Positions 48,716 to 60,841 of a stretch of DNA of 64,000 nt are shown here, piece after piece. Within the stretch, counting starts at the first letter, position 1. The number at the start of each line of letters is the position of its first letter. The position numbers were made by a program, and so were the translations under genes. Under the pieces are notes generated by a model that was not told where the DNA came from, did not search any database, and saw nothing but the letters and a program-made list of their open reading frames with translations. This DNA comes from Sporopachydermia quercuum (lineage: Eukaryota): NCBI GenBank assembly GCA_001599295.1, contig BCGN01000001.1, positions 2,170,001 through 2,234,000 on the forward strand. Reading direction: 5' to 3'.

Positions 48716-51700
48716 TTAATCCTCTTCTTTCTTTCCAAAAAGATTCTGTAGCTTAAGGAAATCTTTCCTATAATTTGCCTTCGTTTCCGCTTTCTTGGAC
48801 ATGATTCTCTTTAAAACTAAGGGAACATCCTCGGCACTATCGGCACTATCCTCAGATTCAGTACTGCTCTCGGGTTTAGCCTGCTTTTCGTTATTATGTT
48901 TTTCTCTATGTTTTTCCTTTGATTTACCTTTTGATTTACTCTTTGATTTACTCTTTGATTTCTGGGAATTCTCCCCAACGCTTGGAGATCTTCCAATTGA
49001 CACTGTACGTCGTATAACTTCGGGTTGGTTTTGGGATATGGAGAAGATTCTTTTCCGGAATTGATCGGGTAAAGGTTCCATTTGTTCTTCCGTAAGAGTC
49101 CGAGGATTCAATTCGTTATCCGAAACCGAGGATTCTGATATAACATCTGAATCGACATCGGCAATAGACGTCTGTCTCAACTCAGGTGCTACATCTGGGA
49201 CAGGTGTCAAGTCTAATGCTGCTTGCTCTTCCCGGCCAATGCCAGCTTCCAATTCCGCTTCCGATAATACTTCGTCAATTACCGCTTCTCCGTCTTCGGC
49301 AGTGAACACACCTTCAGCTTTGGCTTCTGCTTCCGATTCTCCTTCAGAATCATATCCTAGGGCAGCTTTCGCTGTCCAATCTTCATACAGCGGTCTAGAA
49401 AGGAACCCGTACTTAAATTCCTTCACCCCAACTAATATTTTTGTCAGGTCAACAAGCTCTTCAATATACTCAATAACCTCTTCTGTTGCTGCACTAGAAG
49501 CGCTCCAACTGGCGTACTTCATATTGAACAGTTCCTGCCGTTTCCGAGCTTTCATTTGTAACAACTCTTTATGAGCTTCGTGCGATAAAGCTGATTGAAC
49601 CAAATCTTCATTTCCCTGCCTGATGAATCTCCGTTCGGACTCTAGTGAAGCTAAAAGTACTTCCCGAACTCGGAGAACAAGTCTTCTATTAGCTATCCGG
49701 ATACTCGGTAAAAACTGTGGTAAGGGGTTCTTGGTTTCAAGTGCGCTCCGAACGGCAAAAGATGCCGTTTCAATTGAAGCTACTACTTGTCTCCGATATC
49801 GGTAAACCTGAGTATTTAAATCCTCAATCAATACTGAGCCATATGTCCTCCGAAGTACTACGATATTATCCATTCTGTCTACTATCTGCCGTAATACAAA
49901 AATCATTTCTCCAAAGACGTTTCCGATCTCTGTATAAGATCCTTTGAGCCGAGGTTCTTTTTTAGCCAATTCTCGGTACTCATCGGCTCTGGTCAAAGCT
50001 TGCTTTGCTGTTTCCGATATTTTCCGATACTTTCTGTATTTGTCATCGCTCATAGCTACCGCGGGATCTCCGCCTTCAATCCCAGCCGCAATGAGAAGCT
50101 CCATTGGACCAAGAACTCCCGCTACATAGCTGACTTCCTGTACTAAAACATCCCTAGCTTTCACAGGGAATAAAAACACTTGTACTACTAAAGCTACCGA
50201 ACCGCCTACAATCATTGCTATACACCGTTTGGCGAAGTTGTCCAAAATAGTACCCGGAACTGAAGACGGAATAGCCGTGGAAAGCATTACAATATATGTT
50301 GAGATAACGGCAATAATACCGGCTTTATAATAAGTTCCGGAGACCATATAGTAAAAAGACGGGGCACCTCCAATAGCGGATATGACTGCCATACCATAAG
50401 GGGTTTTGTTTGGTCCGCCGGCTAAATATGAAACATAGCCCCAGACGGCACCTCCGACCACACCGACACCTCTAAGGAAAAATACAAACAAAGTACTTCC
50501 GACAACTGGTTCTAAAACAAGAATACAAACGAAACCTATCCAACCACCATGGATATCAATATACCATTGTCGATAAGCAGGAACAAACATCGGAAACGAA
50601 CAGAGTATAACTGCAGCCGCTGATTGGACACCGAAGATAAAGGGGTAGGAATGTTTTTTCGGATATTCTATTATGGCGGCTAAAGCGAGCCGATATGCGA
50701 ATATTCGGCGTTTCATTTTCGATATAATGCGATCACGTAATCCCGAAGCATGCGGAGAGCCATGACCGGCGGTCACATGATCTCCATTTCCCGCAGAGTT
50801 GTGATTGTGATTGTGATTTCTAGGTTGAGAAACCGGAAGGGGCAGTTCCCGAGATAAAAAAGTTTTTCCGGTCTTGCCTAATTTCTCACCATGTTCTCCG
50901 AATTCATACTCTTCTTCATTATCATCATCACTGAGTTCATTATTGTTATCCTTTTCACTTTTCTTGTTATCTTCAAAAACATCTAATCTAGTGACTTCTT
51001 CCATTCTCTCTTTAATACTCTGATTATCAACAATACTGTGACGACTGGCTGCTTCGCGCGGACCCCAACTAGCCCCACTGCTCATCCAATTCCGTAATTG
51101 ATTCCGATCTACCAAGAAGGAAAGCCATACTTTACGTCCCCAAATTCCACGACTTTCTCGTCGTTTACGTGTTTCATATAGCAATTTAGCTTCTTCCAAC
51201 ATAGCTACCATATTATCAGCGCATTTATGTAAATTCACTATGAAGGAAGAAAGCAAGAAGAATTCATCNCGAGGCATTAGAAAATCAGGTTCTGGGGTTC
51301 CTTGAATTGTAGCAGCGGTTAATTGATGCATGGCTTCTTGATGTGCAATATTGAATGCTACGATAGCTTGGGCAATTTCAGCCTGCATATGAGAAATAGT
51401 ATCTGGTAAAGCATTTGATTCAGCAGTGAAATTCTGAATATCCGATAATGCTTTATCAGCTAATCCAAACATTGTAGGAGTGACTCGTGAGNTATTAACA
51501 TCATAGCAATAAGCTACAGCTTTCTTGGCCTCTAGAAATGCGGTTGAAACTGCAATTTGCAAATCTTGAACTGGTTTACGTACTGATTGGATTAATGATA
51601 TAAGTAACTGTCTATCTGCAAAAGCAATTTCCTTTTGAAGCTGTGGTCTGTTTGACCCAGTTTCCTCGCTTCCACCAGTTTTAATAAGCGTGAATTGTAG

Positions 51701-52705
51701 CTCACATGCATTTACTAAAGCTGACATCGACATGAAAATATCATCCATTCTTTTGATAATACCTCGCAGTTCCGCTGGTGATAAGTAGGAATAAGAAATT
51801 TCATACAAACATTCATCCAAAACCTGCTTACATACTTTAAGTTTAGGTCTAACTTTTGCTTTACTACCAGAGATTTGCTTGAAAGTTAAAGCTTTAGGTT
51901 TCATCTCGGAAGCTGTTCCCGAGGAGGGCGCGGAAGAATGGCCAGAAGAGTATTCGGATACTTTGTCAGAAGATCCTGCTTCCGACGTGTTAATGCCTTG
52001 TGTGATGAAGAATTGAATACTATTGTCTAAAGAGTCATGTAGTTCATTCAATGCATCGACAGTTGTATTACCCAAATAACTAGCACCAAATTCAGGATAT
52101 AAGCCGAGATTGACTACTAATCCCGAGGCAATCGCTAGCAGGAACGGAACGCAGTACGCTTTAAAGACACTTCCGGGTAAGGTACTCAAAGGGTCTAAGA
52201 ACGAGAAATGGACTGCAAGGAATAACGGGAAAACCAAACTGAAAAATCTCGGAGAAATAGACCGAGCATATCCAGAGATGAATAACGGAAATGATTCAAA
52301 AACTAGTAAAATTGCTAAAGCTTTCTCCTCCCGGGATGGGTTAAGACTGAAAATCTCGGAATCGGAAAGAGTGTTTAATTCCGATCCGAGAATCCGCTGT
52401 GCGATCCATCTAGCAAAAACGGCCCAGCAACATCCCAGTGATAACCCTACCATACAAAGAATAGTACCTTCAATCATTGAACCGAATCTTCTACCCGGAT
52501 GTACAATTGAAGCGCCCAGCACTGTCATTGTAGGAGAATATCCGATGACATTCCGAACTGGCACGATGAAGTCATATGCCAGGCATATCGTAATTGTAAT
52601 CACACATTTTAGCACTCTATAGCATATAGTTTTATCCCATGGTTTCGGAAACAAAACCTTCCATGTTTTTATCGATGCTGATTTGATTCCATCAACGGAA
52701 GTCAT
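48716..52705 (-). CDS. Large membrane protein of the ArAE_2/FUSC family (YGL140C/Bre4-like)
   Basis: Two TM clusters separated by soluble regions; IVHPGRRFGSMIEG, FFLRGVGVVGGAVWG, KEPRLKGSY, NPLPQFLPSIRIA. Confidence 0.85.
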   Translation of the reverse strand: MTSVDGIKSASIKTWKVLFPKPWDKTICYRVLKCVITITICLAYDFIVPVRNVIGYSPTMTVLGASIVHPGRRFGSMIEGTILCMVGLSLGCCWAVFARWIAQRILGSELNTLSDSEIFSLNPSREEKALAILLVFESFPLFISGYARSISPRFFSLVFPLFLAVHFSFLDPLSTLPGSVFKAYCVPFLLAIASGLVVNLGLYPEFGASYLGNTTVDALNELHDSLDNSIQFFITQGINTSEAGSSDKVSEYSSGHSSAPSSGTASEMKPKALTFKQISGSKAKVRPKLKVCKQVLDECLYEISYSYLSPAELRGIIKRMDDIFMSMSALVNACELQFTLIKTGGSEETGSNRPQLQKEIAFADRQLLISLIQSVRKPVQDLQIAVSTAFLEAKKAVAYCYDVNXSRVTPTMFGLADKALSDIQNFTAESNALPDTISHMQAEIAQAIVAFNIAHQEAMHQLTAATIQGTPEPDFLMPXDEFFLLSSFIVNLHKCADNMVAMLEEAKLLYETRKRRESRGIWGRKVWLSFLVDRNQLRNWMSSGASWGPREAASRHSIVDNQSIKERMEEVTRLDVFEDNKKSEKDNNNELSDDDNEEEYEFGEHGEKLGKTGKTFLSRELPLPVSQPRNHNHNHNSAGNGDHVTAGHGSPHASGLRDRIISKMKRRIFAYRLALAAIIEYPKKHSYPFIFGVQSAAAVILCSFPMFVPAYRQWYIDIHGGWIGFVCILVLEPVVGSTLFVFFLRGVGVVGGAVWGYVSYLAGGPNKTPYGMAVISAIGGAPSFYYMVSGTYYKAGIIAVISTYIVMLSTAIPSSVPGTILDNFAKRCIAMIVGGSVALVVQVFLFPVKARDVLVQEVSYVAGVLGPMELLIAAGIEGGDPAVAMSDDKYRKYRKISETAKQALTRADEYRELAKKEPRLKGSYTEIGNVFGEMIFVLRQIVDRMDNIVVLRRTYGSVLIEDLNTQVYRYRRQVVASIETASFAVRSALETKNPLPQFLPSIRIANRRLVLRVREVLLASLESERRFIRQGNEDLVQSALSHEAHKELLQMKARKRQELFNMKYASWSASSAATEEVIEYIEELVDLTKILVGVKEFKYGFLSRPLYEDWTAKAALGYDSEGESEAEAKAEGVFTAEDGEAVIDEVLSEAELEAGIGREEQAALDLTPVPDVAPELRQTSIADVDSDVISESSVSDNELNPRTLTEEQMEPLPDQFRKRIFSISQNQPEVIRRTVSIGRSPSVGENSQKSKSKSKSKSKGKSKEKHREKHNNEKQAKPESSTESEDSADSAEDVPLVLKRIMSKKAETKANYRKDFLKLQNLFGKKEED

Positions 52706-53800
52706 TGGTATGTTTGAGTACTTTNGTGGGAATAATATTTTGAGTTCTAATTCATCGGTCGCTTGCTTTAGCAGTAGTTGTCAAATACCCGACGGCCAAG
52801 AATGCAAGGGTACGATAGAAAGTACCCAAAAGCTGACAGAATGCAGAAATTGGAGCAGGCTTACTTACAAGCCACAATATGCAAAGGCCTTAATCAATAT
52901 TTTCCTTTTAATTTTCCTTCTCGTACCTATACAGCGGAAGGAAAACGACTTGCAAGGAGATCAAACAGACGGGAAGTACTAAACAAGGCTTGCNTTGGAG
53001 AATTGGTGCTTATATAAACATATAATAGTTGTAGTGGAGTTGAGGGCCTAGAATTAGAAGTGAATAAATGTTTATGTCATATGTTATAGATGCACGTAAC
53101 AGAAAAATACCGCACAGGTCTGGTAGGGGAAGAACTGAACTTTGGGGAAAGGATGGTGAATATATTCTACCGATAACTAAATTCTGAGATAATTTGAGAA
53201 GCATTGTGTTGATATATTTATAAATATTTANATGGCATTTGGGTTGGGTTTGTAGTTTCAACGATCTAATGACTATGTGAAGTGAATATGATGTACTTTG
53301 AATTTGAGTATGAGTCATGTGATAGGTTGTAAAAAATAGTATGTATAACTATGCATAGCTATGCATGGTAGAGAAAGTAGTTCAAGAGTGCGAATAGCTC
53401 GATATAAATTAAGCAGTAAGGAGCATTAGAAATTCTTCCAAANAAGTCCAATACCTAAAACTTGTACTAGAAACTCCTTTTTAGTGTAGTTTACCCTTAA
53501 GAATTAAAAGCGTTCTCAATAATCGTAGAATAGCATCCTTCTGATTATTCCCCTATCTCCCCTCAACCATGCAAATACCCTGCATATTTCTGCATCTATT
53601 TCTGATTTTAGTAGTTCTAACGAACCTTGTTTTCTCAACCCTGGTACTGATGATCTCACAAATATATCCTATCGCTCGCTCCTTTCATTATTCCATTAGC
53701 ACAATTTATGAAAGAATTCTGTTTACTTCCATTATCACATGATGAATCGCAAAAATATCCATTATTAAAAGTAAGAAGTATCGTATAGAAGTCACTGGAA

Positions 53801-56800
53801 ATGGCAGGCCCGCCTATGCTGGTGTTTCCAGCAAATAATGCCGGATATCGCAGTAGAAAAAGAACTTACAAAGCGTGTGAACAATGCAAAAGAAGGAGAC
53901 GAAGATGTACTTTACAGTCAGACTCCAATAAAAGATGTGGACCTTGTGAGTATGCTGATATCGAATGTAGCCTTTGTCCCAACTATATGCTCAGCGATCG
54001 GATGTCTCCAACGGATCCGTTAGCTAAGCAAATGGTAGAATCGCAGAAAACTACGGTGGGAATGGGAAATCCAGGATCTGATTCAATCCGGTCAACGCTG
54101 CGGCCAAATAAGATAAACATTCCGCCTCCGTCTTCTAATCCAATTAGTGATGGTTACCGAGTTTCACCTGCCGCTTTGAACTTTTCAGGCATTCCNTCTA
54201 GAAACCGAGAAACTGTTACTTTGGTTACTGGTTCAAATGAGAAAACGACATTCAATTCAAAGTTCATTGGCAATACAGATCCAACAATGCTTTTGGCCCG
54301 AGTTTCGCCTCACCGACCAGAAAGCTTGGCTTATTCGTCATTGAAAGAGAATCATTCCAATGAACCCTCTTTGAAACTTCCCCCTGGTATAATTCCAGCG
54401 AAAACAACCCCACCATTGGGCTCACCGCAAGGGTCTCCACTGGCAGGTTCCTCATGTCAGAACCGGTCTTCTGTTTCTGATGATCAACTGCCTGTTATCA
54501 CGAAACCTAATGTGAAGAAGAGAAAAGTTAATTCCAAATCTAAATACATAACCAGCACTAATGTTGATCCCACTGATCAAGACGCTGAGAGTAAAACTAT
54601 AGGTGTGTGGGTCCATGCACCGGGTGAGAATAAAGAAGCTCTTCCAGAGATTAATTCGTTTTTACTACAATATCTCAATTCGATTGAAGCTTTTAGTATG
54701 CCTCTAAGACACATTCGTGATGCTTTAATAGATATCTACTTCCAGAGAGTCAACAGAATATTCCCATTAATCAATGAACGACATTTCAAATCGTTACACA
54801 GAGTAGGCAAATGTCCTACGGTTCTTCTTCATTGCGTGCTTTTAGTAGCTGCAAGGGATGAATCAGCTCTTCAATATATATCTCAGGATCCAGGATTCAG
54901 ATCTGTACGACAGTTTTGTCATGAGATATTCATACGGACGAAAGCTCTGTTGTTTGCCGAAGTAGAAACTGATCGTTTGACATTGTTGAGGAGTTATGCA
55001 TTACTTTCATTTCATTCCGAAGGGCCTGATGGGCTTGAAACCTCGTGCGAATGTATGGCTAAAGCTATACATTATGCTATATCGTTAGGGGTCCACCATA
55101 AAAGGCCTTTTCTAGATAAAGATGAATTAAAACAGTTATGGTGGGCATTATTTTGTATGGATAGAATCAATGCTATTGTCAATGCGAGACCTTTGATGAT
55201 CAACAAAAAGGATATTTCTATTGATTTCCCCAGTGCATCTAGTACAACTTCAAGCGCAAGTGCAAGTGGGTTCAATAACAATAATAGAATGAACTATCTA
55301 GCTAAAATGGTTCACATGTGTGTAAGGCTTGAGAAAGTGATAGCTTTGTATCAACCTCATGGCGACAGAAGAGTCGTTCCTAAGGATATTGATAAAGAGG
55401 ATTTCAATGATAATCATGGAGAAGATTTGAAGGACCCTTTTGTAGCTGTATTAGCTTTATTGTTCTACTCTACAAGTATTCTTGCCCATAAACGAACGTT
55501 TGTCAAAGGAGAAGGGTCGTCAAAGCAATCAAAATCATCACCAGAAGCTGGAAAGAAGGATCTATCTCCTAATAATAATAACGATACTTGTGATGATGCT
55601 AACAGCAGTAACAGCAATAACAATACTAATAGTCCCAATAGCACTAGCAACAGGAATACTCCCAATAACAATAATATCAATAGTAATAGCAATAATAAAT
55701 CTGCGAGATACTCGTCTGGCAATCAAAAGTCAATCAGCAACACCACCGGTACTGCTTCTGGATATGGGAGTGAGATTCAAGTAAAGAAAACTCGCACGAA
55801 CGAACTGCTGTTAAGAGCTACCTACAAAATTCTGAGCATCATAGATCTACATAAAGTAAGAGGATTACCACCTATTCCTCTTGTTCCTTATTGTATTTCT
55901 CTCACTCTCACCGTATTCTTAAGAACGTTTCCCTCCGTTGCAATTGATCCTCGCTATTTACAGATGTTCAAACAGGAGAGTAAACAGGAAACAGAATCCT
56001 TATTCACCCGTCCCAGTGCTAGTTCTTCAGCTGGTAATAGTTCGGGTAAAAACAGCACCAAAAATAATTCTACTGGCAGATTAGCTAGAACCAAAACATG
56101 TAGCAACTATCAGCCACAGGAGGATACCCAGGCTTTCTATACTTGGCAGGATTCTTGCCGGATGTTGAATAAATTTGCTGATATCTGGTGGGTATCTAAA
56201 ACCATGGGAATGATGGGTGATTCCATATTTACCAGTTTAGAGAAGGAAAATGGGGTTAATTTTGAGAGGATTTTGAATCAGTTTGGTCTTTTGAGGTTTT
56301 CTAGAATGAATTCCAATTCTCCTTCGCAAATACCAGTACATGGAAACGGGAATAACAATAATAACAATAATAGCAGTATTGGTGATCGGGTGAATAGGAA
56401 TTCATCAGCAGGACAAACAGNAGAAGCAGAAGACTATTTTTCTCAGAATTTAAGCAAAGCAAGTAGTTATGGGGGAAGCTCGGCAGGGTCAATTGGTAGT
56501 AGCAGTGTTAATTATCTGAATGCTAGTTATTATGATCTGACCCCTATTGAAGTTGACAATAGTAATAATAATCATCGAAATGGAAGTAGTAGTAACAGCA
56601 ATAGCAATAGTAATACTACTATAATGAATGATGGATTGAGAGGTGATAGTGGAAATAACGATATGAGGAATAATAGCAACAACAGCAGTTTTGATGGAGA
56701 TGGCAACAATCCAATGGTGTTTCCAAATGAAGACAGCGTTGAAGAGTATCTTATGATGTTCTCAGAATTACCCAACACAACTTCCTTTTTCGATGAGATG

Positions 56801-56851
56801 CTCAATCATTCATTAGGTGACGATTATAATAATGATCTATTCATAGGGTGA
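53801..56851 (+). CDS. Zn(II)2Cys6 transcription factor with Fungal_trans middle domain and Asn-rich tracts
   Basis: ACEQCKRRRRRC-x9-CGPC-x6-C cluster; YFQRVNRIFPLI, AISLGVH, LWWALFCMDR. Confidence 0.92.
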   Translation: MAGPPMLVFPANNAGYRSRKRTYKACEQCKRRRRRCTLQSDSNKRCGPCEYADIECSLCPNYMLSDRMSPTDPLAKQMVESQKTTVGMGNPGSDSIRSTLRPNKINIPPPSSNPISDGYRVSPAALNFSGIXSRNRETVTLVTGSNEKTTFNSKFIGNTDPTMLLARVSPHRPESLAYSSLKENHSNEPSLKLPPGIIPAKTTPPLGSPQGSPLAGSSCQNRSSVSDDQLPVITKPNVKKRKVNSKSKYITSTNVDPTDQDAESKTIGVWVHAPGENKEALPEINSFLLQYLNSIEAFSMPLRHIRDALIDIYFQRVNRIFPLINERHFKSLHRVGKCPTVLLHCVLLVAARDESALQYISQDPGFRSVRQFCHEIFIRTKALLFAEVETDRLTLLRSYALLSFHSEGPDGLETSCECMAKAIHYAISLGVHHKRPFLDKDELKQLWWALFCMDRINAIVNARPLMINKKDISIDFPSASSTTSSASASGFNNNNRMNYLAKMVHMCVRLEKVIALYQPHGDRRVVPKDIDKEDFNDNHGEDLKDPFVAVLALLFYSTSILAHKRTFVKGEGSSKQSKSSPEAGKKDLSPNNNNDTCDDANSSNSNNNTNSPNSTSNRNTPNNNNINSNSNNKSARYSSGNQKSISNTTGTASGYGSEIQVKKTRTNELLLRATYKILSIIDLHKVRGLPPIPLVPYCISLTLTVFLRTFPSVAIDPRYLQMFKQESKQETESLFTRPSASSSAGNSSGKNSTKNNSTGRLARTKTCSNYQPQEDTQAFYTWQDSCRMLNKFADIWWVSKTMGMMGDSIFTSLEKENGVNFERILNQFGLLRFSRMNSNSPSQIPVHGNGNNNNNNNSSIGDRVNRNSSAGQTXEAEDYFSQNLSKASSYGGSSAGSIGSSSVNYLNASYYDLTPIEVDNSNNNHRNGSSSNSNSNSNTTIMNDGLRGDSGNNDMRNNSNNSSFDGDGNNPMVFPNEDSVEEYLMMFSELPNTTSFFDEMLNHSLGDDYNNDLFIG

Positions 56852-57107
56852 ACGGTCTGTATATAGTATGTGACAAATACCAGCATACCGAAACAAAGAA
56901 AAAGAAAAGTATTTATAAGAATAGTTATTATAAGTGTTTATGATATGATAGTAATGAAATGTTATAAATATGTATGAATAGAAATAAAAATTAGAAAAGT
57001 TATAGAATAAAACGTGTCAAGCTATAGTAGAATGTAAAAGCAATCAAAAGGATTTATTGAAAATAAACAAACCAAAAAAATGCAAAATATAGACAATTGA
57101 TTTTCCC

Positions 57108-57731
57108 TTATTTTCTATACCATAAACGAGTGAGCTTAGTATCCATCATCCTACGTTGAAGTTGGAAGACACCATACATGAGAGCTTCAGCTGTTGGTGG
57201 ACATCCTGGGACGTAAACATCAACAGGGACAACACGATCACAACCTCTAACAACGGAATATGAATAATGATAATAACCACCGCCGTTAGCACAGGAGCCC
57301 ATAGAAATGACCCATCGAGGTTCAGGCATTTGGTCATAAACTTGACGTAAAGCTGGGGCCATCTTATTAGTTAGTGTACCAGCAACAATCATAATATCGG
57401 ATTGACGAGGAGAACCACGAAAAATAATACCCAATCTATCTTGATCATATCTCGGCGTGGACACATGCATCATTTCTACGGCACAACAGGCCAAACCAAA
57501 AGTAACGGGCCAAAATGATGATTTTCTACCCCACATAGCAATAGCGTCTAATGAAGTGAGGACATAGTCCAAAGCCGATTTTGGCTTTTGTTGGGAGATT
57601 AGTGGGAAGTTTGTAGCCAGTGATCCGTCGGGGTTTCTTGGGGCAACTGCTGATGTAGATGAGAACCGCACAACACTGCTGCTTATTATTCGCGGCATTT
57701 GACGATAACTTTGTGACAGAATTAAAGACAT
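57108..57731 (-). CDS. NUKM: Complex I core Fe-S subunit PSST (NDUFS7/NUKM)
   Basis: [46 protein letters not shown]. Confidence 0.97.
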   Translation of the reverse strand: MSLILSQSYRQMPRIISSSVVRFSSTSAVAPRNPDGSLATNFPLISQQKPKSALDYVLTSLDAIAMWGRKSSFWPVTFGLACCAVEMMHVSTPRYDQDRLGIIFRGSPRQSDIMIVAGTLTNKMAPALRQVYDQMPEPRWVISMGSCANGGGYYHYSYSVVRGCDRVVPVDVYVPGCPPTAEALMYGVFQLQRRMMDTKLTRLWYRK

Positions 57732-58256
57732 CTTTAAAAAGGTTTATGCGAGTTTGGTTTTATTTGTTGATGTTGAGTATTAGTCAGGATTGCCGCTATT
57801 GCTTTCCTACTATTTGATGAACAAATGGTGAATTGTCTATGATGCTGAATTTTAATAGCTATTTCTGTTGCTGGTACTGCTTCTTTTTCCGGCTGAAGTC
57901 GTTGCTGAGTATATGAACCGATGATAACCACAACTTGTCGTCTGAATAGTGTTAATTTACAACTTATGATCAATAAGTCAGTCAATCGATCAATGCAACA
58001 CTAGTGAACAACTTAACCGAAACAGTCAATAGTCTATTGTACAATCAGGTCCCTGTTTGTCTTGGGCTACTCTTAATGTTCCACAAGATAATATCTAGCA
58101 AATGAATACCTTCTACACAGCTTTGACAGTTATATAGAGAAATCGGTGANGGTGCATGAGAAGCTGTGGCTCTAAAAGACAGTGTATTTGCAATAGTAAG
58201 AACAGTTTATAGACTGGTAATAATAGTTTTTGTGTCAATCCACAAACGGGAATAAA

Positions 58257-58760
58257 ATGAAAACTGCATAGTATGATTGGCTGGTTAGACATTTGCACGG
58301 GATATGGGACATCGTTTTTGGTGGTTCTCACAGTTGGGGCTCTTCTGGAGAGTTAATTTGTTGGAAAAACTTACGAGAGGATACTTGAAGCTAAATTTGG
58401 GCCTATATGTGTGGCTTGGAATAACCGTTTGGAGTGTATGCTCATGATTTGGAAAAAACCAGCGAATTTATAGTAGAGATCGATTCGTTTTTGNTATCTG
58501 ATTTCTACTCCTGAGTTGGAACATATATCAGAGGTCTGATTTTCTGAAGAGGAATCTTGAGATAAGCAATGATCGAAAAGAACTGATTGTGGAGAAACTA
58601 AAGTAAGGAGCGGGAAGAAGAATCCTAGTAACAGAGCCTATAAAACTCAACATACTTATACTATATGCTGATTCTGGCTCTTCAGGAGCATTTATTAAAA
58701 CTCTTATTACCTCAACAGGTATTCTCGTTATTGACTGTATGACTGTTCTTCTATAACTCA
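58257..58760 (+). mobile_element. Degenerate Ty3/gypsy-like gag-protease relic
   Basis: Across stops and frameshifts, in order: TA*YDW, WKNLRE/ILEAKFGP (58362-58404), SEFIVEIDSFL, YIRGL (58524-58538), ILYADSGSSGAFI (DSG at 58670-58678). Confidence 0.6.
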
Positions 58761-59239
58761 TTTAGACGCTTTCAATTGATGCAACCCACAACCTACGATC
58801 ACATTACCACAGCTTTCTTCTATTGATAATAAACAATTGACATTCAATAACGTACTAACAGATACTAAGAAGCGCAGTTAAGTAAAACTAGATACAAAAT
58901 GCCAAATAAAGACTCCAACATACGTGTGGAATCAAATACCAATTATAATGTATTCAAGTCCAGTATCGATGCTGTAAATGTCAAATAATGATCAAAATTG
59001 AATTCATTAGTATCAACTGGTTCTGAATCAATTTATAATCTAAATGATTGATAATGCTCAAGGATGAATATGTAGGGGATTCTGAATTGTATCAAAGAAA
59101 AATAAACAACATAACCAAAGTAAATATATGACGAAGCTAATAATAGCTTGGAATTGTATGAAGAATTCATAAGGTTATTTCTATGTATCAAAGGAATTTC
59201 TTTTTCTTAGAGATTGATGAGTTCAGGAGTGATGTAAAC

Positions 59240-60712
59240 TTAATGATGTCCGGGGAGGTCACCACCTTTAACAACACCTTTAGTGACATGAGCTTCTTTA
59301 TTCCAGCCACCAAAGGAAACCTCACCCATTTTTTCAGCGTACTCTCTTATCTTCTTTTCCATATCCGGTCTAAATGATTTGATTAAACCTTGGACAGGCC
59401 ATGCAGCAGCATCACCTAAAGCACAGATAGTATGACCCTCAATTTCTTTTGTCAGTTCAAAGATCATGTCGATCTCACGTTCCCTCGCTTGACCTGATGC
59501 AAATCTATCCATCATCTTCATTAACCAAGTAGTACCTTCACGGCAAGGAGTGCATTGACCACACGATTCGTGCTTGTAGAAGGCTGATAATCTTTGAATA
59601 GCTCTAACCATATCAGTACTCTTGTTCATCACAATAACAGCAGCAGTACCTAAGCCTGATCCTACATCCTTCAAAGCGTCGTAATCCATAAGAACGGTAT
59701 CACAAACATCTTTGGTCATAACAGGAACGGATGATCCACCAGGAATAACACCTAATAAATTATCCCAACCACCTATGATACCACCACAATGTCGTTCAAG
59801 CAATTCTTTNAACGGGATAGACATTTCTTCCTCAACTGTGCATGGTTCATTCACATGACCGGAAATACAGAACAATTTAGTTCCTGAATTTCTTTCTCTA
59901 CCAAAAGATGCAAACCAGTCACCACCTCTTCGTAAAATAGTAGGAGCAACAGCTACAGTTTCAACATTGGTGACCGTAGTTGGTCTACCGAAAAGACCGA
60001 CACCAGCAGGGAATGGGGGCTTTAGACGAGGCTTACCTTGTTTACCTTCAATGGATTCAATTAATGCAGTTTCTTCACCGCAAATGTAAGCTCCCATACC
60101 ACGGTGAATATAAACATCGAAATCATAACCAGAACCGCATGCATTCTTACCAATCAAACCAGAAGCGTAGGCTTCATTAATGGCGGTTTGAAGTACAACA
60201 GCTTCATTGTAAAATTCACCTCTAATATAAATATAAGCAGCAGTTGCATTCATAGCACGTCCAGCTAAAAGGCAACCTTCAACTAATTTATGGGGATCTT
60301 TTCTGATAATTTCACGATCTTTACAAGTGCCTGGTTCACCTTCATCAGCATTCACAACCAAATATCTTGGACCAGGATTCTTCTCCCATCCTGGAGGATT
60401 CATGAAAGACCATTTCAAACCCGATGGAAATCCAGCACCACCTCTACCTCTTAAACCGGACTTTTTCATTTCACCTATAATCCAACTATCACCCTTTAAT
60501 ATAATCTCTTTGGTTTTATACCAGTCTCCCATCTTCAAAGCAGATTTAAGATCATGCCCATATTTGTTATACACATTTTGAAAAATACGATCTGAATCTT
60601 TTAAACCTCCGTGAGCTTTCGAACTGCTGTCTGTGACTGTTGCAAATCCTCTTCTAAGGTTACTTCTGACAGCCGGCAGCATTCTGCTGCGCATGGCACT
60701 TCGATACAACAT
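59240..60712 (-). CDS. NUBM: Complex I FMN/NADH-binding 51-kDa subunit (NDUFV1/NUBM)
   Basis: ATG at 60712 ([10 protein letters not shown] presequence); [47 protein letters not shown]. Confidence 0.97.
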   Translation of the reverse strand: MLYRSAMRSRMLPAVRSNLRRGFATVTDSSSKAHGGLKDSDRIFQNVYNKYGHDLKSALKMGDWYKTKEIILKGDSWIIGEMKKSGLRGRGGAGFPSGLKWSFMNPPGWEKNPGPRYLVVNADEGEPGTCKDREIIRKDPHKLVEGCLLAGRAMNATAAYIYIRGEFYNEAVVLQTAINEAYASGLIGKNACGSGYDFDVYIHRGMGAYICGEETALIESIEGKQGKPRLKPPFPAGVGLFGRPTTVTNVETVAVAPTILRRGGDWFASFGRERNSGTKLFCISGHVNEPCTVEEEMSIPXKELLERHCGGIIGGWDNLLGVIPGGSSVPVMTKDVCDTVLMDYDALKDVGSGLGTAAVIVMNKSTDMVRAIQRLSAFYKHESCGQCTPCREGTTWLMKMMDRFASGQAREREIDMIFELTKEIEGHTICALGDAAAWPVQGLIKSFRPDMEKKIREYAEKMGEVSFGGWNKEAHVTKGVVKGGDLPGHH

Positions 60713-60841
60713 GTTCGTATGTGTATATATTATATGTAATGATGGAAAAATGCAACTCTTTTCAAGATCCCGTAAAACTTCTCTCTTCTTTATCGAAATC
60801 TGTTGTGTTTTGAACAAACCAGGCTAACAATAATCACTCTG

